A DNA stretch of 64,000 bases from an uncultured Gemmiger sp. GTDB lineage: Bacteria > Bacillota > Clostridia > Oscillospirales > Ruminococcaceae. Positions 45,433 through 53,522 of the stretch are shown one piece after another; the stretch's first letter is position 1, and the number at the start of each line of letters is the position of its first letter. The notes beneath the pieces are model-generated. The model did not search any database. It was not told where the DNA came from and worked only from the letters and a program-made list of their open reading frames with translations. A program made the translations under genes and the position numbers. The DNA lies in the NCBI GenBank assembly GCA_949295035.1, contig CASFJO010000013.1, positions 49,681-113,680 of the forward strand. Direction: 5' to 3'.

Positions 45433-47072
45433 ACCACAGCCTCCCAGTCGTCAAACAACTCGATCGGATAGAGTTTCAGCCGGTCGCCCTCCCGGTACAC
45501 GCTTCCAAAGAATACCGCAGCTGTGTCCGGGCGGCGCCGCAACCGCCCGGCAAATCGTTCCAGCGCCTGCACGACCGCCTGTTCCGTTTCTTTATAGCGC
45601 ACCTCCACCCACAGATCCCGGCCGGCCGTGTCCACAAGGCGGAGGCAAAAGGTCTGGCGCACCCGATCGTACTCCTGGGGTTCACAGCGGGCGGGCCGCA
45701 CCAGCGCCAGGCGCTTTCTCTCTGGCGCGCGGGGGGCGCTGCGTTCAGCCAGCAAGCGAGAAAAGTCGGTGTATATCTCGCTTTGCGGCACCATGCTGAC
45801 GGGAGGCTGGCGGCCCAGCAGCACCGCGGAACACTGCCCGGTGGAGGACAGGCCTCCGTCGTTGTTGACGCGGGCTCCGTCCAGGTCCAATGCGCAGTTC
45901 CAGGCCTGCCGGAGTGTGCAGGGCAGTTTCCAGAGAACTGTATCCTTCCGCCGGCGGGCGCCCTCTTCGTAATAGGCGGGCCGCAGATCGGCGTAGGTAT
46001 AAAACCGGTGAGCCTCCCGTTCCCAAAAATAGTAAACGGTGCCTTCGTATCCGCTGCGCCCGGCTACCGCCCGCAACCCCAGCAGGTAGAGTTCCAACCG
46101 CCCCACCGGCCGATATTCATCCCGGAAACTGCCCGCCAGGGTATACAGGACCTCCTCATCGGCCACCTCCAATGCCCCGGCCAGGTCAAACGCCCGGCCA
46201 AACCGGGCCAGGCACATACTATCCCGAAAGGCGGCTGATCGGGCAAAACAGGCGGTGTATTCTTCGTGCAAGGCACGCAGGGCCCGCTCCAGCGAGGGCA
46301 GGCCGGCGGTATGGGCCAGCGCCGCCAGACGCTCCACCGTTTCGCGCGTTTCAGGCGGCAGGCGGCTCAGCCCGGTAGCCAGCTGCGCGGCCAGGCTTTG
46401 GCGCACCTCCCGGCAGACGCGGCGTACCGCCTCCGGATCCCGCCCATCCTCCGGTGGGCAGAGCGCGCGCAGGGCTGCCGGGTCCGTCACCCCGGTCTGC
46501 AGCTGCCAGGCAAGCAGCGCTTCGGCTTTATGTACGCAGAAACTCTGGCTGTGACAACTGCAGCTGCTGTGTTCCAGCGGTTCCAGGAGCCGCACGGTCA
46601 CAGCTCGCCAGGGCAATTCCACCACAATGGTAGAGCCGCCCGCAAAGATCGCGGCCCCCTCGCCGCTAGCCTGACGGACCAGCAGGTCGGCCACCCGCTT
46701 CGCCCCCAGCTGCCGAACGAGTTTTTCCGCCGGAAAAACCCGCAGCTGGGCAAAATCAGACGAGGCAGCCGTTGGCCCGCCGCCCTCGTCCGGCCCTGTC
46801 TGCTGCCGCAGCCAGAGGATAGCCGCGATCCGGTGGCGGCAGATCCCGCTGCTGGGGCAGGAGCAACCGCTCTCCCCCAGAGGGGCGCGGATACGGCAGA
46901 CCACATCCCCCAGCCGGACCACCATTTCGTCCCCTTCGGCGGTTGCCTCGGGCTGTGCCAGCGCGGCCAGATCCTTTTTGGCCCGGTTGACCGTGCCCTT
47001 GTTGCACAGGCCGATCAGGTAATCCTCATCGGCCGCCGCCAGCGCGGCGGCCAGCGGCCCTGGTATGGTCAC
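45429..47072 (-). CDS. SWIM zinc-finger protein (YehQ-like) with two SWIM motifs
   Basis: GTG start 47072 after AAGGGGGAG. CxCxnCxH motifs CSCPSSGICRH (46833-46865) and CSCHSQSFCVH (46530-46562). Confidence 0.75.
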   Translation of the reverse strand: MTIPGPLAAALAAADEDYLIGLCNKGTVNRAKKDLAALAQPEATAEGDEMVVRLGDVVCRIRAPLGESGCSCPSSGICRHRIAAILWLRQQTGPDEGGGPTAASSDFAQLRVFPAEKLVRQLGAKRVADLLVRQASGEGAAIFAGGSTIVVELPWRAVTVRLLEPLEHSSCSCHSQSFCVHKAEALLAWQLQTGVTDPAALRALCPPEDGRDPEAVRRVCREVRQSLAAQLATGLSRLPPETRETVERLAALAHTAGLPSLERALRALHEEYTACFARSAAFRDSMCLARFGRAFDLAGALEVADEEVLYTLAGSFRDEYRPVGRLELYLLGLRAVAGRSGYEGTVYYFWEREAHRFYTYADLRPAYYEEGARRRKDTVLWKLPCTLRQAWNCALDLDGARVNNDGGLSSTGQCSAVLLGRQPPVSMVPQSEIYTDFSRLLAERSAPRAPERKRLALVRPARCEPQEYDRVRQTFCLRLVDTAGRDLWVEVRYKETEQAVVQALERFAGRLRRRPDTAAVFFGSVYREGDRLKLYPIELFDDWEAVV

Positions 47073-47088
47073 AGAGCGGCTCCCCCTT

Positions 47089-48207
47089 TCATTCCCGCAT
47101 CACATCCGCCATGAAATCCGCCAGCCGGGCCGGAGTCATAGCCCCTACCCAGGCCCCCAGCCCCGCCAGTTTTTCGGCGGTGGCGCGGTCGTAAGCGGGG
47201 GCGGCGTTCGCATCCAGAGCGGTCAGCGCGATCAGCCTGGCCCCGCTCTCCAGAATATCGTGGCACACGCCGTACAGGTTCTGCCGGGTGTTGCCCTCGC
47301 ACAGATCGCTGATGAGCACCACCATCGTGCGATGGGGCGCGGTGATCAGCGACTCGCAATAGCGCAGCGCTCCGGCGATGTCGGTGCCGCCGCCCAGCTG
47401 CACGCTCATCAGGGTCTCCACCGGGTCCTCCGCCTGATCGCTCAAATCCACCACCGCGGTATCAAAGATGACCAGCCGGGTATCCAGCATGGGCAGTTTG
47501 GCAAAGATCCCCGCCATCACCGCACTGTGGATGATACTGGGCAGCATAGAGCCGCTCTCGTCCACCGCCAGGATCACCCGCCAGGGATTATAACGCCGGA
47601 CGCGGCCGTTGAAATAGACCTGTTCCAGCACTAGCCGGCGGTTCTCCCGGTCATAATGGGCCAGGTTTTTCCGGATGGTGCGCCGCACATCCAGATTGCG
47701 GATCGAGCGCACCCCGCTGCTGCGGCTGCGATCCAGCTTGCCCAGTGCCGATCGCTGCACTTCGCTGCGCATTTTCTCCATCAGCTGGTCCACCACCCGC
47801 TGCACGATCCGCCGGGCCGCTTCCAGCACCGGCCCTTTCATGCAGTGTTTCAGGCTGAGCACCGTTTCCAGAAGGGCCTGGTTGGGCTCCATCTTCTCCA
47901 GCACTTCTCGGTCGGTGAGCAGTTCGGTCAACTGATAGCGGTCCAGCGCGTGACGCTGAAGGATCTCGGCGGTCTCCCGGGGAAACAGGCTGCGCACCTC
48001 GCTGAGCCAGCGGGCCACGACAGGCTGGCTGGACTCGCTGCCGCCCTGAGCCTCCCGCTTGACGTCCTGCCCTTCTTCCCGGCCATAGAGAAAATCCAGC
48101 GCATCGTCCATCCGTTGGACCCGCCCCTCGCCCAAAGGCAGCTGGCTGTCCGCGTTTTTGCCCAGGATCAGCCGCCAGCGGTTGAGCGCGGCCCCGTCGG
48201 TGATCAT
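47089..48207 (-). CDS. VWA (von Willebrand factor A) domain protein with intact MIDAS (YehP/CoxE-like)
   Basis: MIDAS DESGS (47548-47562) plus downstream GGGTD and LISDLCEG. ATGA overlap with the upstream stop codon. Confidence 0.8.
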   Translation of the reverse strand: MITDGAALNRWRLILGKNADSQLPLGEGRVQRMDDALDFLYGREEGQDVKREAQGGSESSQPVVARWLSEVRSLFPRETAEILQRHALDRYQLTELLTDREVLEKMEPNQALLETVLSLKHCMKGPVLEAARRIVQRVVDQLMEKMRSEVQRSALGKLDRSRSSGVRSIRNLDVRRTIRKNLAHYDRENRRLVLEQVYFNGRVRRYNPWRVILAVDESGSMLPSIIHSAVMAGIFAKLPMLDTRLVIFDTAVVDLSDQAEDPVETLMSVQLGGGTDIAGALRYCESLITAPHRTMVVLISDLCEGNTRQNLYGVCHDILESGARLIALTALDANAAPAYDRATAEKLAGLGAWVGAMTPARLADFMADVMRE

Positions 48208-50576
48208 GCCTCGTCCCCTCCTTCCCCGTAACTATCCTTCAAGCGGGCCGCGGCCCAGGCATCCACCGCCTCGGCCCTGGCATAGTCGGCCGGGTCCACC
48301 GCATCGCGGCGCAATGCCGACGGCGCGGCGCCGTGCATGGCGGCCGCCCGCCGGGCAATGCGGTCCGTCTCCATCGGGACAAAATAACTGAACGCGAGCC
48401 GCAGCTCCGGCAGCAGGGCGACAAAGTCCTCATTGCTCAGCTCGCAGAGCAGCCCGTCGATCTGCCGCTGAAATCCCTCATCGGTGAGCAGCAGATCCCG
48501 GGCACTTGAAAACAGCCCTTGCAAAAACGCGGCGGAACGCAGCATCATGCCCCGTGTGCCCTGCAGATAGCCGCGAACGGTCTTGTCGATGTCGGATTTC
48601 CAGTGGGGGTCGGCCCCATAGAGCAGCCCCAGCACCGCCCCGTGCAGCGCGGGATGGATAGGATACCGCCGGATCAGCCGTTCAAAAGCGGCCAGAAGCG
48701 GCGGACGCTGCGCGGAAAACGATTCCCGGCCGGTGACCTGATACAGCAGTTTGCAGGCCCGCTGCACCCCGGGCGCGGTATGGTCGTCCACCGTGTTCAT
48801 GGCGGGCAGCATCTGGAGGATACGGGCAAAGCACCGGCTCAGCAGCGCCGGATAGTCGAACGTGCCCCGCTCGCCATACTGGGTCTGCCATTCCTCCAGC
48901 CCGTTGAGCGCGGCGCAGGCGTCGCACAGCGAGGCAAAATCCCCGTCGGCGATGAGCAGTTCATCCATACGGACGGCCAGCGCGTCGGCTGTGTCGGATA
49001 TGCCCATCAGAAACCCCTGCACCAACAGATCGGCCCCTTCGGCGGCCCGGCCCGTCTGGGCCATCCGCTGCCGGAGTTCGGAGGCACATGCTTCCGGCAG
49101 CGTGGCGCCGGACACGGCATGTTCGATCAGGGCCGTTTCCACCCCCACGCTCCAGCGGTATTCCCAGATCTCCCGGATCAGGTTCCGATCCCGCCGACGG
49201 CGCAGATCAGGGCCTTTGGTACGCCGGGCAAAGCCGCAGTCCAGAAAGATGGTCTGGTACAAAAAGCGGCTGATCGCCCGGTGCCGGGGCGAGGAAAACA
49301 CCGAAAGGGTGATCTCCTGCCGGGCAGTATCCTGCCGTTTCAGGCGGAAGGCCCTGCAGCGGGCGTCAAAATCCTGCACCAGCGGAGGCACCGGCGCGCC
49401 GGCGCACAAACAGCCCGCCGCCTGGCCGGTGGTGAGTTCCCGCAAGATCCGCAGCGGTTCGACGCCGGAAAGGCTGGCCTCCCCTTTCACAAAGCTGCTG
49501 AGCACCGCATCCCGCAATTCATACAGCCCCGGTCCCGGCTTGTCCCGCAGCTGGGCCAGCATCCTGGCCTGCTGCAGCGCACAGCTCTCGTCATAGCTGG
49601 AAAGAGTATCCCCCGCCTGACGCAGCCGCCGGCCGGTGCGCACCAGATAGTCCAGCGCCGCCCGGTCCCAGGCCTGTTCCGGCCCCTCTTTGTGCAACGC
49701 CGCCCACACGTGTGCATAGTAGCCGGGGGCGGGCATCCCGCTGGCATACCCGGACAGCGCGTCGGCGGCGGGCAGAGTATACCGCATGGGATAGACCGAC
49801 TGGGAATCCGCAGCCAGCGCGGGAAGCTGCGGCTGTGTTTCCGGATGCAGCAGCCCTTCCACATGAAATCCGCCGGTCACCACCAGCACCCGGCGGCAGG
49901 TTTTCGCGGCCTCCTGGATACGGCGCGCCATGTGAGCCTCCCGGGCCAGGCAGCCGTCCTCCCGCAGCTGCCCGGCCGGGGTGCTGTGCCGGGCCAGGCG
50001 GCAATACATCGTCATCTGGCGGATAAAAGCCTCGGTAGACATGGCGGGACCGGCCGTTTCAAAATATTTTTCCCAAAACTCCTCAAAATCCCGCAGCCCC
50101 GTCTTTTCGCAGAGCGTTTTTTGAAAAGGATTGGCCGCCAGGTAGGCGTCGGCGGCGTAGTTGGGCTTTTCCGTATCGGCGCGCAGGCCCCGGGCCGCTT
50201 CGGTAGCCAGCAGGATCTGGGCGTAGGGCAGGTCGATAAAGCGGCCGGGAATGCCTCGCTTTACCGCGGCCCGCAGCGCCACCAGTTCCGGCGACTGGTC
50301 CAGAAACGGGTAATAACACCGGAACGCCGCCGGCTCTTCCCCTGGCTTTGAAAGATAGTGATCCTGATCCCGCCAGGCATAATACAGGGCAAAAGGCGCC
50401 CGGGTATCCGGGCTGGTGAGCACCGGCAGCAGATCATTGGCGTTTTCCGGGCCTTCCACCAGGATACAGTCCGGCGTGTAGCGCTCGATCGCCTGCTCCA
50501 GATGCCAGGAACAGGCCGGGCTGTGGTGGCGCACCGGATAGTACAGCACCGGCGCCTGCCAGGAAAAGGGGATCAC
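48204..50576 (-). CDS. DUF5682 family protein (YehM-like)
   Basis: About 790 aa. N-terminal YYPVRHHSPACSWHLEQ pattern. I prefer GTG 50576, which forms a GTGA overlap with the AAA+ stop codon; the listed ORF start ATG 50612 would overlap by 40 nt. Confidence 0.6.
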   Translation of the reverse strand: MIPFSWQAPVLYYPVRHHSPACSWHLEQAIERYTPDCILVEGPENANDLLPVLTSPDTRAPFALYYAWRDQDHYLSKPGEEPAAFRCYYPFLDQSPELVALRAAVKRGIPGRFIDLPYAQILLATEAARGLRADTEKPNYAADAYLAANPFQKTLCEKTGLRDFEEFWEKYFETAGPAMSTEAFIRQMTMYCRLARHSTPAGQLREDGCLAREAHMARRIQEAAKTCRRVLVVTGGFHVEGLLHPETQPQLPALAADSQSVYPMRYTLPAADALSGYASGMPAPGYYAHVWAALHKEGPEQAWDRAALDYLVRTGRRLRQAGDTLSSYDESCALQQARMLAQLRDKPGPGLYELRDAVLSSFVKGEASLSGVEPLRILRELTTGQAAGCLCAGAPVPPLVQDFDARCRAFRLKRQDTARQEITLSVFSSPRHRAISRFLYQTIFLDCGFARRTKGPDLRRRRDRNLIREIWEYRWSVGVETALIEHAVSGATLPEACASELRQRMAQTGRAAEGADLLVQGFLMGISDTADALAVRMDELLIADGDFASLCDACAALNGLEEWQTQYGERGTFDYPALLSRCFARILQMLPAMNTVDDHTAPGVQRACKLLYQVTGRESFSAQRPPLLAAFERLIRRYPIHPALHGAVLGLLYGADPHWKSDIDKTVRGYLQGTRGMMLRSAAFLQGLFSSARDLLLTDEGFQRQIDGLLCELSNEDFVALLPELRLAFSYFVPMETDRIARRAAAMHGAAPSALRRDAVDPADYARAEAVDAWAAARLKDSYGEGGDEA

Positions 50577-51688
50577 CGCAGCTTCTTGCGCGCCTCGTAA
50601 TAGCGTGTCCATGCGCCGCCCTCCCGCTGTGCCCGGTCCCGTACCACGGTGGAAAAATACCCTTCGATCCTGTCCATATCCTCGCGGGATTCCTTGGCCA
50701 CCGCGCCCACCAGATTTTCCACCAGGCAGCTCTCTTCCATCCGGCCGTCCCCATAATACCAGGCGGTCATCAAGGTCTGGAAATAGACCGAGACCGCCTC
50801 GGCGGTGCTCATGACCGCGGCGGGCTTTTCGATCCGCTGCCCCTGGGCTGAGATCCCCTCCCGCAGTTCGTGGTAGGTGACAGCCAGCAATTCCGCCGCT
50901 TCTTCGTCCAGCGGGCGGGAAATACCGGCAGCTTCAGCCAGCGCTCCCACCTCGTTCAGGATGATCTGCTTTTCCAGCGCCACATCTCCCACCGGGCGCA
51001 CCGTTTCAAAATTGAACCGGCGCTTGAGAGCGCTGGACATCTCGTTGACCCCTTTGTCCCGGGTATTGGCGGTACCGATCACATTGAATCCCGCCCGGGC
51101 GAACAGCAGCCCTTCATCCCCCAGTTCCGGAACGTGCAAAACCTTGTCGCTGAGGACGCTGATCAGGCAGTCCTGTACCTCGGCCGGGGTACGGGTGATC
51201 TCCTCGAACCGGGTCAGGATGCCCTTTTCCATCCCCACATACAGCGGCGATGGCACCAGCGCTCTCCGGCTGGGGCCGTCGGCCAGCAGCAGCGCGTAGT
51301 TCCAGCTGTATTTGATCATATCCTCGGTGGTGCCGGCGGTACCCTGCACCGTATTGGTGCTGCACCCGCTGATCGCCGCGGCCAAAAGTTCCGAGAGCAT
51401 GGTCTTGGCGGTGCCCGGCTCCCCCACCAGCATCAGGCCCCGGTTGCCCGCCAGCGTGATGATGCAGCGTTCTACCAGCGCGTCGTTGCCCAGGTATTTT
51501 TTGCGGATCACGCGCGACTGTTCCCCGCAGCGTACCGGGGCGGGAGAGCCCAGGATAAACATCCGCACCGCCTTGGGCGAGAGAAGCCAGTTTTCCGGTT
51601 TACGGTTGCCCTCGTCCCAGGCACGCAGCGCTTCCAGTTCCTCCCGGTATCGCTGTTCAGCCTGGGGGCGCAGGACAGAGTGTTCCAT
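50573..51688 (-). CDS. MoxR-family AAA+ ATPase, YehL-like subfamily
   Basis: 371 aa from ATG 51688, with GAGGTG RBS. Walker A GEPGTAKT (51401-51424), sensor-1 VIGTAN, Arg-finger region LKRRF. The Walker B position reads RFEEITR. Confidence 0.8.
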   Translation of the reverse strand: MEHSVLRPQAEQRYREELEALRAWDEGNRKPENWLLSPKAVRMFILGSPAPVRCGEQSRVIRKKYLGNDALVERCIITLAGNRGLMLVGEPGTAKTMLSELLAAAISGCSTNTVQGTAGTTEDMIKYSWNYALLLADGPSRRALVPSPLYVGMEKGILTRFEEITRTPAEVQDCLISVLSDKVLHVPELGDEGLLFARAGFNVIGTANTRDKGVNEMSSALKRRFNFETVRPVGDVALEKQIILNEVGALAEAAGISRPLDEEAAELLAVTYHELREGISAQGQRIEKPAAVMSTAEAVSVYFQTLMTAWYYGDGRMEESCLVENLVGAVAKESREDMDRIEGYFSTVVRDRAQREGGAWTRYYEARKKLR

Positions 51689-51744
51689 ACTAGTCACCTC
51701 ATTTGCCAGAATCCCATACGAAATCCGTTTCACAATTTGGTTCT

Positions 51745-51773
51745 ATTTTAGAGCATACCGCCAAAAATGACAA
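51745..51773 (-). promoter_or_regulatory. promoter of the seven-gene AAA+/VWA/SWIM/DUF4132 operon
   Basis: Minus strand TTGTCA (51768-51773), 17-nt spacer, TAAAAT (51745-51750). It sits just downstream of the terminator at 51799-51830. Confidence 0.6.
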
Positions 51774-51790
51774 GCCGTTTCCCCGGGAAA

Positions 51791-51830
51791 TACAAAATGG
51801 CCGCGGCGCTCTGATCAGAGCGCCGCGGCC
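51791..51830 (-). terminator. Rho-independent terminator of the thioredoxin-system operon
   Basis: Perfect palindrome GGCCGCGGCGCTCTGATCAGAGCGCCGCGGCC (51799-51830), followed on the minus strand by ATTTTGTATTT. Confidence 0.8.
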
Positions 51831-51871
51831 TGCAAGGGAAAGAAGATAGCCTGTATGAAAGAGGGGGCCGG

Positions 51872-52075
51872 TCAGCGCCCGGTCCTCTCTTTTTGAAACG
51901 CCAGCGAAAGGATGCCGCCCATCAGCCCCATATACAGCATCGAATTGATCGGATTTGAGGTGATGGCGCAGCTGCCGGAAGCACAGCCCACAAAGCGGTA
52001 GTACAGATAACCGGCCAGCATACCGCCCGCCACGAACAGCAGCGGCCGCAGCCAGCGGAGAAATTTGGCGCGCAT
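51872..52075 (-). CDS. small two-TM membrane protein with GCASGSC motif (DUF6132-like)
   Basis: 67 aa from ATG 52075, with AGGAGGAA RBS. Sequence includes RFVGCASGSCAITSNP. Immediately downstream of trxB. Confidence 0.55.
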   Translation of the reverse strand: MRAKFLRWLRPLLFVAGGMLAGYLYYRFVGCASGSCAITSNPINSMLYMGLMGGILSLAFQKERTGR

Positions 52076-52103
52076 GGTCGTTTCCTCCTGTTCTTTACAT
52101 CGG

Positions 52104-53030
52104 TTACAGCGGATGTTCCGCCAGATATTCTTCGGCGTAATGAGCGGCCACCGCGCCGTCGGCCGCGGCGGTGACGATCTGGCGCAGCGCTTTGGTGCGC
52201 ACATCCCCGGCGGCAAAGACGCCCGGCAGGCTGGTACGCGTGGACTCATCGGCCACGATGTAGCCGGCGGCGTCCAGTTCCAGCTGGCCGCGGAACAGTT
52301 CCGTGGCGGGAGAGCGGCCGATGCTCACAAACAGCCCGTCCACCGGCAGATCGGTCTCCTCGCCGGTGACCGTATCCCGCAGCCGCACCCCGGTGAGCTG
52401 GTCCTCACCCAATAGGCCCGCCACCACGCTGTTCCAGCGAAATGCCAGGTTTTCGGCCCGCATCAGCGGGTCGTGGTAGACCTTGGTGGCCCGCAGGCGA
52501 TCCCGGCGGTGGATCAGAATGACCTTTTCGCATACGCGGGAAAGCAGCAGCGCGTCGGCGGCCGCCGAATTGCCCCCGCCCACCACCGCCACCGCGCGGC
52601 CCTTGTAAAACATGCCGTCACAGGCGGCGCAGTAGGCCACCCCGCGGCCGATTAACTCCTCCTCGCGGGCGGCGCCCAGGTGCTTATGGTCCGCACCGGT
52701 GGCCAGAATGACCGTTTTGGCGGCGAACTCTCCCGCGTCGGTGCGGACCCGCTTGACCGGGCCGGCCAGTTCCACCGACAGCACCTCCGCTAGTTCGGTC
52801 CTGGCGCCGAAATGCTCGGCGGTCTGCTGCATCTTCTGCCCCAGGGCGAAACCGTCGGTCCCCTCCTCCGCGCCGGGGTAGTTGTCGATGTGGGTGGTCT
52901 GCGCCATCTGTCCGCCCGCGGACAGTTTTTCCAGCACCAGCGTATCCAGCCCGGCCCGGGCGGCGTAGAGGGCGGCGGTATAGCCCGCGGGCCCGCCCCC
53001 GATGACGATCGTATCGTAGATGTGTTCCAT
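52104..53030 (-). CDS. trxB: thioredoxin-disulfide reductase
   Basis: FAD motif VIGGGPAGYTAALYA, redox-active CAACDG, NADPH motif VVGGGNSA. Confidence 0.92.
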   Translation of the reverse strand: MEHIYDTIVIGGGPAGYTAALYAARAGLDTLVLEKLSAGGQMAQTTHIDNYPGAEEGTDGFALGQKMQQTAEHFGARTELAEVLSVELAGPVKRVRTDAGEFAAKTVILATGADHKHLGAAREEELIGRGVAYCAACDGMFYKGRAVAVVGGGNSAAADALLLSRVCEKVILIHRRDRLRATKVYHDPLMRAENLAFRWNSVVAGLLGEDQLTGVRLRDTVTGEETDLPVDGLFVSIGRSPATELFRGQLELDAAGYIVADESTRTSLPGVFAAGDVRTKALRQIVTAAADGAVAAHYAEEYLAEHPL

Positions 53031-53046
53031 TGATCCGTTCCCCCGT

Positions 53047-53388
53047 TTATTCCTTCACCGGCGCGGCGGAAGCCAGCGCGTCCGCCAGAAAACGGTCGAT
53101 CTGCGCTTTGGAATCCGGTGCGGTGACCGCGCTCAGCCGGCGGCCGTCCTGATACAGCACCAAAGTGGGCACCACATCGATCCCTTCCGCATCGGCCAGC
53201 GGTTCCTCGTCGTCGATGTTTATGCGGCCGGTGATCAGTTTCTCCTGGTTTTCGCCGGCGATCTTTTCCAGCGCCGGCCCGATCCGGCGGCAGTAAACGC
53301 ACCAGGGTGCCCAAAACTCCACCAGCACCGGTTTTTGTCCGCTCGTCCAGCGGCGGAACAGATCCGCGTTCATATCCAAAACAGCCAT
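53047..53388 (-). CDS. thioredoxin-family protein with atypical WCVYC active site
   Basis: 113 aa. VLVEFWAPWCVYCRR replaces the canonical WCGPC. The cis-Pro region VPTLVLY is present. Confidence 0.8.
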   Translation of the reverse strand: MAVLDMNADLFRRWTSGQKPVLVEFWAPWCVYCRRIGPALEKIAGENQEKLITGRINIDDEEPLADAEGIDVVPTLVLYQDGRRLSAVTAPDSKAQIDRFLADALASAAPVKE

Positions 53389-53522
53389 AGCAGCGGCTCC
53401 TTTCTTTTCTTGCTCTCAGTATACCCGGTTTTGGGCCCGGTTTCCGTGATGGGGTCACAAAAGCGGGGCGCGCGGGCCATGACAGCCCCGCGCGCCCCGC
53501 AAGCGACGGTATCGGGTTTTGT

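Noticed and set aside
50577-50612. ATG at 50612 as the start of the DUF5682 gene (40-nt overlap with the AAA+ gene)
   Set aside because: GTG 50576 gives the classic GTGA stop/start overlap seen at the other junctions of this operon. ATG 50612 is kept only as an alternative, and N-terminal proteomics would decide.
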